The notes: a model not told the origin generated them from the sequence alone. 64,000 nt of DNA from Eledone cirrhosa (GCA_964016885.1 OZ024741.1:188046001-188110000), one strand, 5' to 3'; shown: positions 34,001 through 47,083, numbered from the stretch's first letter. Program-made: numbers and translations.

Positions 34001-34456
34001 GATAAACTCTACAGGCATGGAGGTGCCGTCAGCCGGGCATGTCCGAGATGCGCGCAGGGCGACGAAACCGTCCTGCACGCACTCGTCCAGTGTCCGAAAA
34101 TTGCTGACTTGTGGGTTTATGTCGAACACCTGCTGTCGCGTTTAGGACGGATCCAGCTATCATCTGAGTCTATCGTGAGGATTGCCCCGCCCTCCTCCTT
34201 TAGCCGGGAAGGGCAGGCAGTTTTTATCTGTCTGGTGGCCATGGCGAAAGAGATAGTATGGTGGACACGTTTGAAAGGGCTGAAGACGAGCACTTACCTC
34301 TTCGGTGATGCTCTGATTGACTTTTTCAAATTTCATTTGAAAAGGAAAATCAGAGTAGAGAAGGAAGTGCTCTCTTCCCAGCATTTTGTTGAAAGATGGG
34401 TGAGAGAAGCAAGAATGGCCCGAGTGAATGGGCCGACTCTGAGTATATATCTGTAA
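31037..34456 (+). CDS. ORF2 (APE-RT-ZnF), copy 5
   Basis: Same protein as copy 1. Confidence 0.95.
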   Translation: MTSLRIGSINARGLGSSWKQGHLLNDLRSLNIDVVAISETRISEARAFAPIFGGYDVYASPSRPGSGGGVAVLFRRGLDLAIRAIFLDPEGKLVVLDVTSGDGQAFRLVAVYAPTGAGRPDFFRRLETFLGTSRSLVLVGDWNGILDARWDCVGLADRGGGCKSLTNLLRRFELSDRYRLDFPNVPMWTWTNRIGSSRSYLDRVFCREIDRSSIGCPQFKIVSYTDHKFVICVLDLDRLHRRGPGYWKLNASLPARKAYRDRISELVKRALTGAIVNNKWWFALKRAIRIESIRFSKALAIEKNRAEGELVRKLDEALSKGIATDVLAAKLALDQFFNAKHEGCVVRARVRALRHEGTKAVQWARVAEARRGNKATIRSLVDHDGRMLLDPGQMCEAFQRHFAQLFGGSGGPGRGMDFSVYLDGLPRLSATEAKCCEKPITAAEVREAMTGCTRGKSPGLDGLPYELYVQMPDLFGGLLADVYCNWQQNGRIPSSVSRGAVALLRKDPNKGDNIDNFRPITLLNTEFKILAKVLAKRLALVVGGLVGEAQTCAIPDRSIHDNLHLMRYIVERVAREPGTGGSLINLDQSKAFDRVDHRYLAAVLRAAGFGPVFRGWIAAMHSDICSVVRVNGHLSEPFNIMRSVRQGCPLSSLLYVLTLEPLLHKLETLRGVPRELGCGRSVSAYADDVTVVVSNAKHIEAIGTTLREYEAVTGAMINQEKSVGLQLGTWRGRSMPSNSVVGRWTDGPVKLLGVWFGPDLQTDKNWDEVTSRVASLTQKWAERKLSLKGRAEVANAYIASVICYRLTVVPCPKPRLTALERLLFRFLWKGRAPMVRRSICCQHPLRGGLGMPWLMMRRHALRLRHLHLFLDGDQVWSPFARRVFPQLVSLTELQSWVKRRPRGSAWRLECLQALTALDQSGNVIGGNSTSAFYRGLVEGKSDDVLGETLGVDENQLANLFGRTFGPGPMDNFQKSLAWQCYRGALPVRDKLYRHGGAVSRACPRCAQGDETVLHALVQCPKIADLWVYVEHLLSRLGRIQLSSESIVRIAPPSSFSREGQAVFICLVAMAKEIVWWTRLKGLKTSTYLFGDALIDFFKFHLKRKIRVEKEVLSSQHFVERWVREARMARVNGPTLSIYL

Positions 34457-34717
34457 ACTAAAGGTGGAAAACTGGGAGAGGGCACTTGCCTTGGTGGTCA
34501 GGGTCATTGTGGCTTTTTACTGGGCTTTCTCCACAAATGTCCCTCCGAAGTCTCCCCCCTATTGGGGAATTTTTCATTGTTATTTTCATTGTTATTTTTG
34601 TTACATCCTCTATTTTTGTTTTTTTTACACGCAGAAATGCCCATTTGTACCGTCCTGCATTGTCCTGCACTGTCCTTAATGTCTACTTTATGTAAACCCT
34701 TGTGGTTAATAAAGAAA

Positions 34718-34757
<40 letters not shown>

Positions 34758-35079
34758 CATTATTCCTGCTGACGTCACGTAGCCATTGAGTCAACAATAT
34801 TATACGATAGACTTCATTTAAAGAAGGCAAGTAGCAAAAAACAAAACAAAAAGCAAAAACAGCAACAACAATAACAACAGCTGGCAAATACTTCTTGCAT
34901 CAATAAATTATTAATTTGAAGCTTCTAATTATTGGTCTCGCCTATGTCAGTGGACTTGTATTGCGATGCTTAATCGGTCGTTCTAACGTCATCATTTGGC
35001 AGACATCTTGATTGGGCTTTTGTTTTGTTTCGTTTTGTTTTTTTGTGTGTATGTATGTGTGTTTTGTGTTTCAGCTAAA

Positions 35080-36275
<1,196 letters not shown>

Positions 36276-36636
36276 CATTTCATTTCATTTGAGTTTGAGT
36301 CCATGCTCAGGCCAAGTCGAAGACTCCACCCTCATATATATGTATTTTATTTATATACATATATGTATTTTATTTTATTTTAGTATTGTAGTTGGATTTT
36401 CTCATTTAATCTCAATCCTGTGCACCACTCGGCATATTTACAGTGCAACCACTGTTTATAACCAGTGAGGTGATTAATAAACCGGTTTCTACTTTAGTGT
36501 CGATTTTTGAATTGGGAAGGCTCTAAGGTTATATAAATCTTAAAGGCCCCTGGTTTTAAAAATGTTAAACCAGAAGTTTTCATAATAATTGAAAACATGG
36601 TTTTTACGCTTTTAATAACAAATTGCCTGAAACGGG

Positions 36637-36710
36637 TCTTCTTCTTCTTCTTCTTCTTCTTCTTCTTCTTCTTCTTCTTCTTCTTCTTCTTCTTCTTCTT
36701 CTTCTTCTTT
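36637..36710. repeat. (TTC)n microsatellite, probably the (GAA)n tail of the adjacent minus-strand LINE
   Basis: Direct repeat next to the RTE 3' end. Confidence 0.85.
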
Positions 36711-36734
36711 ATAGGGTTATATGGGCAGAGTCCT

Positions 36735-37410
36735 CAAACACTTCTTCCACTGTGTCCTGTCTGAAGCAATAGTCTCAAACAGATCTGACTATATCCCCAA
36801 GCAAGATCAGCCGATCTGACTATATCCCCAAGCGATGTTATCCAACAATCTTGCTCGGGGTCTACCCTTGGGTTTCCTGCCGGTTGGTTTTGCTCGTAAA
36901 ATCTGTCCAACGATTCTTTCCTGAGAGTTTCTAACCACATGTCCATAGTATTGGAGCTGTGATCCCTGAATTCGGAGAAGCAACGACTCTACCTGCAGTG
37001 ACTCTCTGATCTCTGAGCTACGCACTCTATCGAGTAACGTTACTCAAAAAAACCCTTCGGAGGAACCCCATTTTTGCTGCTTGTGTCCGCGATCGTATTC
37101 TTTCGGGCATTACTCAAGATCCATGACCATAGTTAGGGGTTGGCACAAATACCGAATTGAACTTCTCTACCAGCTTCAGTGGAACTCCATTTACATGTAG
37201 AGAGCATTGCTCAGGCTTAACGAGCGTCTCAGTTTTCGCAGCACTGATTTTAATTCCAGCCATGCAGCACTCGGCATCAAACCTATCAAGTGCAAATCAT
37301 CTTCTGTCGAGTTAAATAACACCATGTCCGCAACATCCAGTCGACTGATATTACACTCGCCAGTCATGATACCACATCCAACCCGTCTAAGCATGTCAAT
37401 CCTGTTCATA
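36735..37410 (-). pseudogene. Decayed RTE-like LINE, RT/C-terminal fragment
   Basis: RSSEIRESLQVESLLLRIQGSQLQYYGHVVR...KPTGRKPKGRPRARLLD; ADMV/DDL-like region. Confidence 0.7.
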
Positions 37411-37417
37411 TAAATAA

Positions 37418-37680
37418 TGGTTTCTACTATAGGCACAAGGCCAACAATTTTGGGAGAGGAGAAAGTCGATTAAATCGACCCCAGTGCAATACTGATGCCT
37501 TACTTTATCGACCCCAGTGCAATACTGATGCCTTACTTTATCGACCCCAGTGCAATACTGGTGCTTTATTTTATCGACACCAGTGCAATACTGGTGATTT
37601 ATTTTATCGACCCCAGTGCAATACTGGTGCTTTATTTTATCGAACCCGTAAGGATGAAAGGCAAAGCTAACCTCGGCGAG
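37418..37680 (-). mobile_element. SINE family A with an internal 33-bp unit amplified ~5x
   Basis: Repeated ATCGACCCCAGTGCAATACTG(A/G)TGC..TA.TTT, then GTAAGGATGAAAGGCAAAG. Confidence 0.75.
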
Positions 37681-38198
37681 TGTTCTTGTAAATAATTAAC
37701 AATAGAGGTGACAGTACGCACCCTCAGTGGAGTCCGACTCCACATTGAATGGTTTCGATTTAGTACCATTTTTCCGAACACATATACTTGGGCATTCGTA
37801 TAACGAAATCGTGGAAGTATTGCCAAGAGGTAATGTTATTACTTTTGGTCTTGTTTATATATATTCTTTTTTTTTAAAAACCCTCCATCATAGTTTTGTT
37901 TAGTTATGCACCAAATACCAATTAATAACGAGAAAGTTATTTTACTAAATCCTTTCGAATTCTTGATTATTTTCCAAATCATAAGCAATGTCTTTTATTA
38001 GAAATATGGTAATGAAAGAGCTGATCATGCTGTGGTCCCTGTGGATTGTGAGCCTCATGGTATAACTTGCTTAGTTCATACCTAAATTTGACACCGCCGC
38101 CCACCTCCATTATGACTCACACATAGCTTGGAAAATCATGTAACTCAGTATGGCACTTATATATACCTAAATGGTAAATAGGTAAATAGGTGATGATG

Positions 38199-39470
38199 GT
38201 TTCTTTATTAGCCACACGGACCGCATACAGGGCTCAACACAAAAGACAGGGACAGTTAGGGCTTTACAAAGAAAAATCGCGTAAACAATATACAAAACTA
38301 ACAATAAACAAAAAAATATAACAATGCAATTTCACCAATGAGAGGAGAACCAACCAGGGGCAACTCAGGAACCCCACTAATCTTGAAAAACCCGACGCAC
38401 CGAGATTACCCGAGGAGAGCACCCCTCCCCTCTTCAAATCAGTCAGCCTACAGGCGAATGCTCAGAGTAGGCCCATTCACACGAGCAGGGGCCTCGTTTG
38501 CCTTAAAAATGTGAGGGGGACAAACCAACATTTGTTGATTCTTAAAGGAGCATAACTTTCTTATGATGCCTTTCCCGGACCCTATCACATAAGTAAAATT
38601 TTACGCTAATTAAACTTTATATATTTAAATGAAGTTCAGATATAAAAAAAAATAAGCTTAAAAATAATTTATTATATCAAATAAATAAAAAATAAAACAT
38701 AGACGTTTGAAAAAGCGTGGGGGGAGGGGGGGTTTGCTCCTGGTACCCCCCTGAAACAAGGCCCTTGCACACGAGCCATTCTCGCTACATTCACCCGCCT
38801 TTTAGCAAATGTACTGGGGGCAGCACTTCTCTCTACACCCTCACCTTCCTTTCAAAGTGAAACTTGATGAGGGATTAGCCGAAGAGAAAAGTGTCTGTCT
38901 TCAGTCCTTTCAACCCCTGCCACCACACAACTTCTTTCGTTACTGCCACCAGGTAGAGGAAAACTGCCTGCCATTCCCGGCCAAAAGAAGGCGGCGGGAC
39001 GATCTTCATTATTGTCTCGATAGCCGGATCCGTCCAACACGCGATAACAGCTGTTCGACATAACTCCACAAGTCATTAATGCACGGACACTGCATGAGTA
39101 CGCGCAGAACCGTGCATTACTGACTTGCCGTGCCAGTAGAGTTTATCTCGAACTGACATTGCCCCCTCTCCGCCCTCACCCCCACCCCCCAGTGAGTGGC
39201 TGGCAACATTCCAGATGCCAGGCGCCCAGTCTCTGTCTCTTCTAGACCCAGGACTGCAGGTCAGTCAAAGACAAAGAGACGAGATGCGGAAAGGCCCGTC
39301 TCACAAATAGCTGCCACACCTGTTCACCGTTTAAGAATATCTGAAGATGCCGTAGCCTCAGCGCATGTTTGCGCATCATCAGCCACGGCATGCGCAGCCC
39401 TCCGCGTAGAGTGTGCTGGCAGCAGATGGACCGCCTCACCAATGGAACCTGTCTCTTCCACATAAAGAGC
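38199..39470 (-). pseudogene. Older decayed 3' fragment of a relative of the arrayed Tx1-type element
   Basis: VRRSICCQHTLRGGLRMPWLMMRKHALRLRHL and PPPSFGREWQAVFLYLVAVTKEVVWW match ORF2; 3' end GTGGCTAATAAAGAAA. Confidence 0.85.
38486..38767. mobile_element. hAT-type MITE inserted in the decayed Tx1 fragment
   Basis: TIRs CAGGGGCCTCGTTT / AAACAAGGCCCTTG; 8-bp TSD CACACGAG (38478-38485, 38768-38775). Confidence 0.85.
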
Positions 39471-40059
39471 AGATCTGACTGTAGGAGAAAGGGCTATAAA
39501 TGCCATAAAGGAGAAGAAAAAGAGGGGAAAGCAAGGACTGTGAGGCCACGGAAGAAAGGGAGGGGGAAGGGGAGAGGGTGATAGGCTCTATGGGTGATAG
39601 GCTCTATGGGTGATAGGCTCTATGGGTGCTTGGGCTGCGTACCGCGTACAAAGCTGCAAAGGCATTTCCGTGGCCAATGATTACCGACACCCGTTGCAAC
39701 AGCCACTCCATTTCGTAGGGTTCCTTCCTCAGACGGGCTGCTGACGATCCAGTCTGTGTATCTATATTCAGACAATAATGACGACAACATCTTTCTATCT
39801 GCTTTACCTTACGTACCTATCTGTCTGTTTATCTAGTTATCTCTCTATCTCTGTCTCTATCTCTCTATCTATATCAATCCATCTTTCCATCTAGTTATCT
39901 ACCAATCTCCCTACCTGTCTATCTATTACCCTATATACCTGTTTATGTATCATCATCATCATCATCATCAATCCCTTGACTACTGTAGTCGTCAGGGAGA
40001 TCCTACTGTAGAAGCAGCACACACACAAATTAGTCTATCAACGGCGGCCGTCAACAAAT

Positions 40060-40930
40060 CTGGTGTATTCATTTGCGTCAATTTTTGACATTGTTCAACC
40101 AGTTTTTGCGTTGGCGTCCCCTCCTGTGTTCACCTTCAACGATGCCTTGTATGATGGTCTTGCACAGGCTGTCATGTCATGTGACATGGCCAAACCATGC
40201 CAGTTTCCTCCTCTTGACAGTGGCGAGGAGAGGTTCCTGGTGTCCCACAAAACTTTTAATCTTACCCCGCACTTATGCATTGGTTTTACGTTCCCAATAG
40301 GAAATAAGTGAAGGCGTGTGGCTGACTGGTTAGGGAATTGGATTCGCAATCGTAAGGTTGTGAGTTCGATTCCTGGACCAGGCGATGCGTTATGTCCTTG
40401 AGCAAGACACTTTATTTCACGTTGCTCCTTCTACCTGGAGTTGCGACCGATAGATAGTATTAGCAATTGGAAAGACCAACGGAAACATTGTTCCCTCGGT
40501 CCGATTTGACGAAAGTCGATCGTTCCTTTTATAGGAAATAAGAATGCGTTTTCTCATGCATTTGTCCGCAAAAACCCGGATCCTTCTCTCTGTTTCTGCC
40601 AAAAGTGTCCAGGTTTCACACCTATATAGGAGGACAGAGACAACCAGCGATTTGCACAATCTGTACTTGGTCTGGAAGCTGATGTTGCTCCTCCATATTC
40701 TTGCCCATTTTGGCCATCACTGCCATAGCTGCGGCAACCCGTGTGCAAATTTCTACGTTGCAGATACCATCTTTTGACAAGACTGCTCCAAAGTATTTGA
40801 AACTGGACACTTCTTCCAATGAATGTCCGTTCATGGTGATGTTGACACAGGTGCTACTTGTACTATTCACCATTACTTTGAATTTCTAGGAGCTGACCGC
40901 CATTCCATATGCTCCTGCTCTTTCAACATG
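40060..40930 (-). pseudogene. Decayed RTE-clade LINE RT/C-terminus
   Basis: LEEVSSFKYFGAVLSKDG, KSLVVSVLLYRCETWTL..ETERRIRVF. Confidence 0.8.
40312..40430 (+). mobile_element. tRNA-derived SINE (family B) inserted in the RTE
   Basis: GTGGCTGACTGGTTAG, GAGTTCGATTCC, TGTCCTTGAGCAAGACACTT. Confidence 0.7.
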
Positions 40931-41077
40931 TATAGCTATCTCTTAATGTATATTTACCAATGTACCTTTCACAGGAAAACACCAACAACAACAACAACAA
41001 AGCACGAATCAAAATATCGGTCCAAAATAAGATAGATATATAGGTAGAACAAAGTCATGGTAATTTAATAGATATAT

Positions 41078-41268
41078 CAGACCTATCAACTCTCCCCGCC
41101 CGACGGGGAGATCTCCCACCCACTTTGGGGTGGGTGAGAGGTGTCTTTTCTTGTGAAAATAGGTATAATTATGTAAAATCTCCCTATTTTGCTACATTAA
41201 ATTCTCGTTTTGGGGGCACCTTTTTTCATGATACTCCCCGTTTGGGTGTTTAGAGGTTGGCAGGTCTG
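41078..41268. mobile_element. Putative MITE
   Basis: TIRs CAGACCTATCAAC / GTTGGCAGGTCTG; TATAT on both sides. Confidence 0.55.
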
Positions 41269-41431
41269 TATATGCTTGATAATGATTAAATAGAATGTGG
41301 GTCAAAATCAATGTAATTGATTCAAATGAATCTTTATATAGAATGTTGTAATCAAGGAATTATTATATTAAATATTTTTTACTGTAAGCTGCATAATTTT
41401 TACAGGTACCATGCTAATATATATAGTCACA

Positions 41432-41493
<62 letters not shown>

Positions 41494-41495
<2 letters not shown>

Positions 41496-41812
41496 AATTT
41501 CGAATTTCTAAAGAAATACGATATGTTTGCAGGGTAAACATTTACACAGACGAGAAAACTATATATCCTCGAATATTCTGAAGTCCAGCAGACGCAAGCG
41601 TGGGAGGTATCGTCCAGATGAAGACTAGTTAAGTCTGAAATGCATAGACGATTGTCTCCCTTGCTTCTGCTGGACACCACCAGAGGACTTAGGCCCGGCG
41701 GTTTGCATAGCTACGGCTTCCTAAATGTTTACCCTGAAAAAACATACCGTATTTCTTAGAAATGCAAAATTTTTATACATATCTGTATACAGCTATGCTT
41801 GAAGCTAAATCC
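41494..41812 (+). mobile_element. Short hammerhead-bearing repeat with an inverted 5' segment
   Basis: ~41494-41545 is the reverse complement of ~41722-41775; homologous to 57475-57740. Confidence 0.65.
41602..41660 (+). ncRNA. Type I hammerhead ribozyme motif (core CAGATGA, one mismatch)
   Basis: ATCGTC-CAGATGA-AGACT agtta AGTCT-GAAA-TGCA-TA-GACGAT. Confidence 0.65.
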
Positions 41813-42296
41813 TATATATATGTGTATATATATCTCTGTTGCTCTCACCTTCTTTCGCCCCCTCTGTCAATTACACTTTCTCTCGACTGACCTCTTCCTC
41901 GCACTTCCACTCTCTTACTCTCTGTTTCTCCCCTTCTCACTTCCTCCCATTTGGCTAGTAGTGGGTTCTCTTCTTGCTTACATCTCACTCACGTCGGATG
42001 GTCTGTATCTTGATCGCTCATGAAATCCACCCAGCTTATGCTGACCGGATAACCATGTTGCTTGTTTATTCCCATCTTTGCGTTGCTTTCATCCTTCTAT
42101 GTTGTTTACTTGTCTCACTCGCTTTACGCGATTTACTTGTCCCAATAGCTTTTTTTAGTTATTGCTCGCACCAACCTGAGATATATGATTTTTAATGCGA
42201 CGAAATATCAATGATGGTTGGCAAATCACTAACGAAGGACTAATTTTATCATATGTAACCCATGTGAAACCACGCAGTATTCTTCTTTCTTCTCAT

Positions 42297-42394
<98 letters not shown>

Positions 42395-43329
42395 ACTAGA
42401 AATTGATTGACATACATATATTTAAAATAAACACATGAAACAATCACAGGGGATAATTTGTAAAGTGTGTAATCACACATAGTTATGTAGGTAACTCATT
42501 AAAATTTAACTAGAGCTTCAAATATTACCTTTTTTAAAAATGATTAATCCTCCTTGTATATATTTCATTAAAGAAATATATTAAACTTTAATTAGTCGCC
42601 AAATATACTATACATACATACATGTATACATCGCTATTTCAGAGCACCAATCCTAATACCTAATTTTTGCTGGACCGGCAATCGCTCTGTATAATCAGCT
42701 CCTGATTATTACTGGAATTCTATAAGAATTCAGCTCCTATAATTTTCGGTGGAAGAGGGAGTGCGTGGCTCTGATGATCGCCAAACAACGTGAAACAGAC
42801 TGCTAGCTTCTCTCCCTTCTTTCGCCGAAAAGAAGTGACATAATCACTACTTTAAAACCGATAGCGTATGGTCTTCAAAATGATTTTAATTAAACATGCG
42901 GTATATTGCCAAATATACTATTCATATATATATATTTAATTTTATATATATATATATGTGTGTGAATTAATTCCGTCGGAAAGGTCCAGGAAAAAAGAGT
43001 GCTCTATGTAGGTTACAGAGCTTATTAGTTATGTAATAAACAACATAAGATAATTATTTCATGTACCAGTGGTTTCTTGAAAGTAAGCAAAATTTGCTTT
43101 GAGTCATCAGAATGAAAAAATCCCGGTGCATTTATTAACAGTGGATTTTAAAGACAAAAATATAATCTATATGAAAGTGAGGCTGGAAAAGGAAGAAGGA
43201 AAGGAAAAAGAATAAATATAAAAGTCGATAAACACACATGCACACACACACACACACGCACACATATACATACACACACACATATATATATATACATATA
43301 CATACACACATATATACACATACACACAT

Positions 43330-43402
<73 letters not shown>

Positions 43403-43815
43403 GATACATATATATATATATATATATACACATACACATAAACACACACATACACATAAACACACAAACACACATATACACATATATATATACATACGTA
43501 CATACACACATACATACACACATATATTTACACGCATACATACGCACACACATATATAGATATATATACACACACCTACATACGCACACACACAATTAAT
43601 TATAAGAAAAAATAATGAACAAACATATAAGCAATAGGCCGTCACATAATAAAATAAAAATATATACGACTTAAGAAAATAAAAATTATTCTAAAGTTGA
43701 CAGCGATACAGGAAAGGACAAATAAAGAAACAAACACACGTGGTAAGCAATACACACATTTACACATACACATACATACATATAAATATATACATACACA
43801 CACATATACATATAC

Positions 43816-43967
<152 letters not shown>

Positions 43968-44187
43968 AATTAAGTTAAAGATGTACATCCATATATGTAT
44001 ACTGAAATACTAGTATGTATATGAATACACACACGTATACATATGTAGGTGTACCAAGTTTTTTCACTGGTCACTTTACTGTGAGTGGCCAGCTATTCTG
44101 TATGTAAACACACAGACAAACCGGTTTTTAGAGTCATACTGGTTTTTGAGGAAACACCTCTCCTCTATTCTCCAGAAAGCCAGACAA

Positions 44188-44238
44188 GGAATATTGAACT
44201 AGTTTCGTTGTTGTTACAACTCATCAGCAATATTTACC
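44188..44238 (-). ncRNA. Type I hammerhead ribozyme (inverted unit)
   Basis: Reverse complement of the motif at 44411-44462. Confidence 0.78.
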
Positions 44239-44410
44239 TATCTTCCGGCCTCTCTAGAGAATCGTAAAAGCACATATCGTTATATGCTTTTTCTATGAAA
44301 ATTAGTAGTGGGCAGACTAATTTGCATAGAGTGTGAGTAAGTACCGGTTCAACGGAAAAAAGCATATAACGATATGTGCTTTTACGATTCTCTAGAGAGG
44401 CCGGAAGATA

Positions 44411-44462
44411 GGTAAATATTGCTGATGAGTTGTAACAACAACGAAACTAGTTCAATATTCCT
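44411..44462 (+). ncRNA. Type I hammerhead ribozyme, unit 1
   Basis: AATATTG-CTGATGA-GTTG taacaa CAAC-GAAA-CTAG-TT-CAATATT; palindromic stem III ACTAGT; predicted cut after 44452 (GUU). Confidence 0.8.
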
Positions 44463-44877
44463 TGTCTGGCTTTCTGGAGAATAGAGGAGAGGTGTTTCCT
44501 CAAAAACCAGTATGACTCTAAAAACCGGTTTGTCTGTGTGTTTACATACAGAATAGCTGGCCACTCACAGTAAAGTGACCAGTGAAAAAACTTGGTACAC
44601 CTACATATGTATACGTGTGTGTATTCATATACATACTAGTATTTCAGTATACATATATGGATGTACATCTTTAACTTAATTGTTTAAGCGTCAGTCATAC
44701 AAAAGTGAGTTACAAACGAAACGAAATTTAATTTCGTTTCGTTATTTGTTTTTATCGTCTCCGTTGAACCGGTACTTACTCACACTCTATGCAAATTAGT
44801 CTGCCCACTACTAATTTTCATAGAAAAAGCATATAACGATATGTGCTTTTACGATTCTCTAGAGAGGCCGGAAGATA

Positions 44878-44929
44878 GGTAAATATTGCTGATGAGTTGT
44901 AACAACAACGAAACTAGTTCAATATTCCT
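44878..44929 (+). ncRNA. Type I hammerhead ribozyme, unit 2
   Basis: Identical motif. Confidence 0.8.
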
Positions 44930-45344
44930 TGTCTGGCTTTCTGGAGAATAGAGGAGAGGTGTTTCCTCAAAAACCAGTATGACTCTAAAAACCGGTTTGT
45001 CTGTGTGTTTACATACAGAATAGCTGGCCACTCACAGTAAAGTGACCAGTGAAAAAACTTGGTACACCTACATATGTATACGTGTGTGTATTCATATACA
45101 TACTAGTATTTCAGTATACATATATGGATGTACATCCTTAACTTAATTGTTTAAGCGTCAGTCATACAAAAGTGAGTTACAAACGAAACGAAATTTAATT
45201 TCGTTTCGTTATTTGTTTTTATCGTCTCCGTTGAACCGGTACTTACTCACACTCTATGCAAATTAGTCTGCCCACTACTAATTTTCATAGAAAAAGCATA
45301 TAACGATGTGTGCTTTTACGATTCTCTAGAGAGGCCGGAAGATA

Positions 45345-45396
45345 GGTAAATATTGCTGATGAGTTGTAACAACAACGAAACTAGTTCAATATTCCT
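45345..45396 (+). ncRNA. Type I hammerhead ribozyme, unit 3
   Basis: Identical motif. Confidence 0.8.
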
Positions 45397-45811
45397 TGTC
45401 TGGCTTTCTGGAGAATAGAGGAGAGGTGTTTCCTCAAAAACCAGTATGACTCTAAAAACCGGTTTGTCTGTGTGTTTACATACAGAATAGCTGGCCACTC
45501 ACAGTAAAGTGACCAGTGAAAAAACTTGGTACACCTACATATGTATACGTGTGTGTATTCATATACATACTAGTATTTCAGTATACATATATGGATGTAC
45601 ATCTTTAACTTAATTGTTTAAGCGTCAGTCATACAAAAGTGAGTTACAAACGAAACGAAATTTAATTTCGTTTCGTTATTTGTTTTTATCGTCTCCGTTG
45701 AACCGGTACTTACTCACACTCTATGCAAATTAGTCTGCCCACTACTAATTTTCATAGAAAAAGCATATAACGATATGTGCTTTTACGATTCTCTAGAGAG
45801 GCCGGAAGATA

Positions 45812-45863
45812 GGTAAATATTGCTGATGAGTTGTAACAACAACGAAACTAGTTCAATATTCCT
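45812..45863 (+). ncRNA. Type I hammerhead ribozyme, unit 4
   Basis: Identical motif. Confidence 0.8.
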
Positions 45864-46278
45864 TGTCTGGCTTTCTGGAGAATAGAGGAGAGGTGTTTCC
45901 TCAAAAACCAGTATGACTCTAAAAACCGGTTTGTCTGTGTGTTTACATACAGAATAGCTGGCCACTCACAGTAAAGTGACCAGTGAAAAAACTTGGTACA
46001 CCTACATATGTATACGTGTGTGTATTCATATACATACTAGTATTTCAGTATACATATATGGATGTACATCTTTAACTTAATTGTTTAAGCGTCAGTCATA
46101 CAAAAGTGAGTTACAAACGAAACGAAATTTAATTTCGTTTCGTTATTTGTTTTTATCGTCTCCGTTGAACCGGTACTTACTCACACTCTATGCAAATTAG
46201 TCTGCCCACTACTAATTTTCATAGAAAAAGCATATAACGATATGTGCTTTTACGATTCTCTAGAGAGGCCGGAAGATA

Positions 46279-46330
46279 GGTAAATATTGCTGATGAGTTG
46301 TAACAACAACGAAACTAGTTCAATATTCCT
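46279..46330 (+). ncRNA. Type I hammerhead ribozyme, unit 5
   Basis: Identical motif. Confidence 0.8.
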
Positions 46331-46745
46331 TGTCTGGCTTTCTGGAGAATAGAGGAGAGGTGTTTCCTCAAAAACCAGTATGACTCTAAAAACCGGTTTG
46401 TCTGTGTGTTTACATACAGAATAGCTGGCCACTCACAGTAAAGTGACCAGTGAAAAAACTTGGTACACCTACATATGTATACGTGTGTGTATTCATATAC
46501 ATACTAGTATTTCAGTATACATATATGGATGTACATCTTTAACTTAATTGTTTAAGCGTCAGTCATACAAAAGTGAGTTACAAACGAAACGAAATTTAAT
46601 TTCGTTTCGTTATTTGTTTTTATCGTCTCCGTTGAACCGGTACTTACTCACACTCTATGCAAATTAGTCTGCCCACTACTAATTTTCATAGAAAAAGCAT
46701 ATAACGATATGTGCTTTTACGATTCTCTAGAGAGGCCGGAAGATA

Positions 46746-46797
46746 GGTAAATATTGCTGATGAGTTGTAACAACAACGAAACTAGTTCAATATTCCT
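46746..46797 (+). ncRNA. Type I hammerhead ribozyme, unit 6
   Basis: Identical motif. Confidence 0.8.
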
Positions 46798-47083
46798 TGT
46801 CTGGCTTTCTGGAGAATAGAGGAGAGGTGTTTCCTCAAAAACCAGTATGACTCTAAAAACCGGTTTGTCTGTGTGTTTACATACAGAATAGCTGGCCACT
46901 CACAGTAAAGTGACCAGTGAAAAAACTTGGTACACCTACATATGTATACGTGTGTGTATTCATATACATACTAGTATTTCAGTATACATATATGGATGTA
47001 CATCTTTAACTTAATTGTTTAAGCGTCAGTCATACAAAAGTGAGTTACAAACGAAACGAAATTTAATTTCGTTTCGTTATTTG

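Larger units (their letters stand above)
28689..34719 (+). mobile_element. L1/Tx1-type retrotransposon, copy 5
   Basis: Same ends; followed by (ATT)12 ATC ATT ATT with no GTTGTT interruption. Confidence 0.92.
4296..34764 (+). repeat. Head-to-tail array of five full-length non-LTR retrotransposons, period 6085 bp (6084 for copy 3)
   Basis: ORF2 starts at 6698/12783/18868/24952/31037; junctions read directly. Confidence 0.97.

Noticed and set aside
42750-42820. CTGATGA...GAAACAGAC hammerhead-like motif
   Set aside because: Stems II and III and the cleavage triplet are disrupted; not called as a ribozyme
44085-46899. Repeated 60-aa ORF MASYSVCKH...
   Set aside because: GTG start, no recognisable domain, antisense to the ribozyme strand; it recurs only because of the tandem repeat
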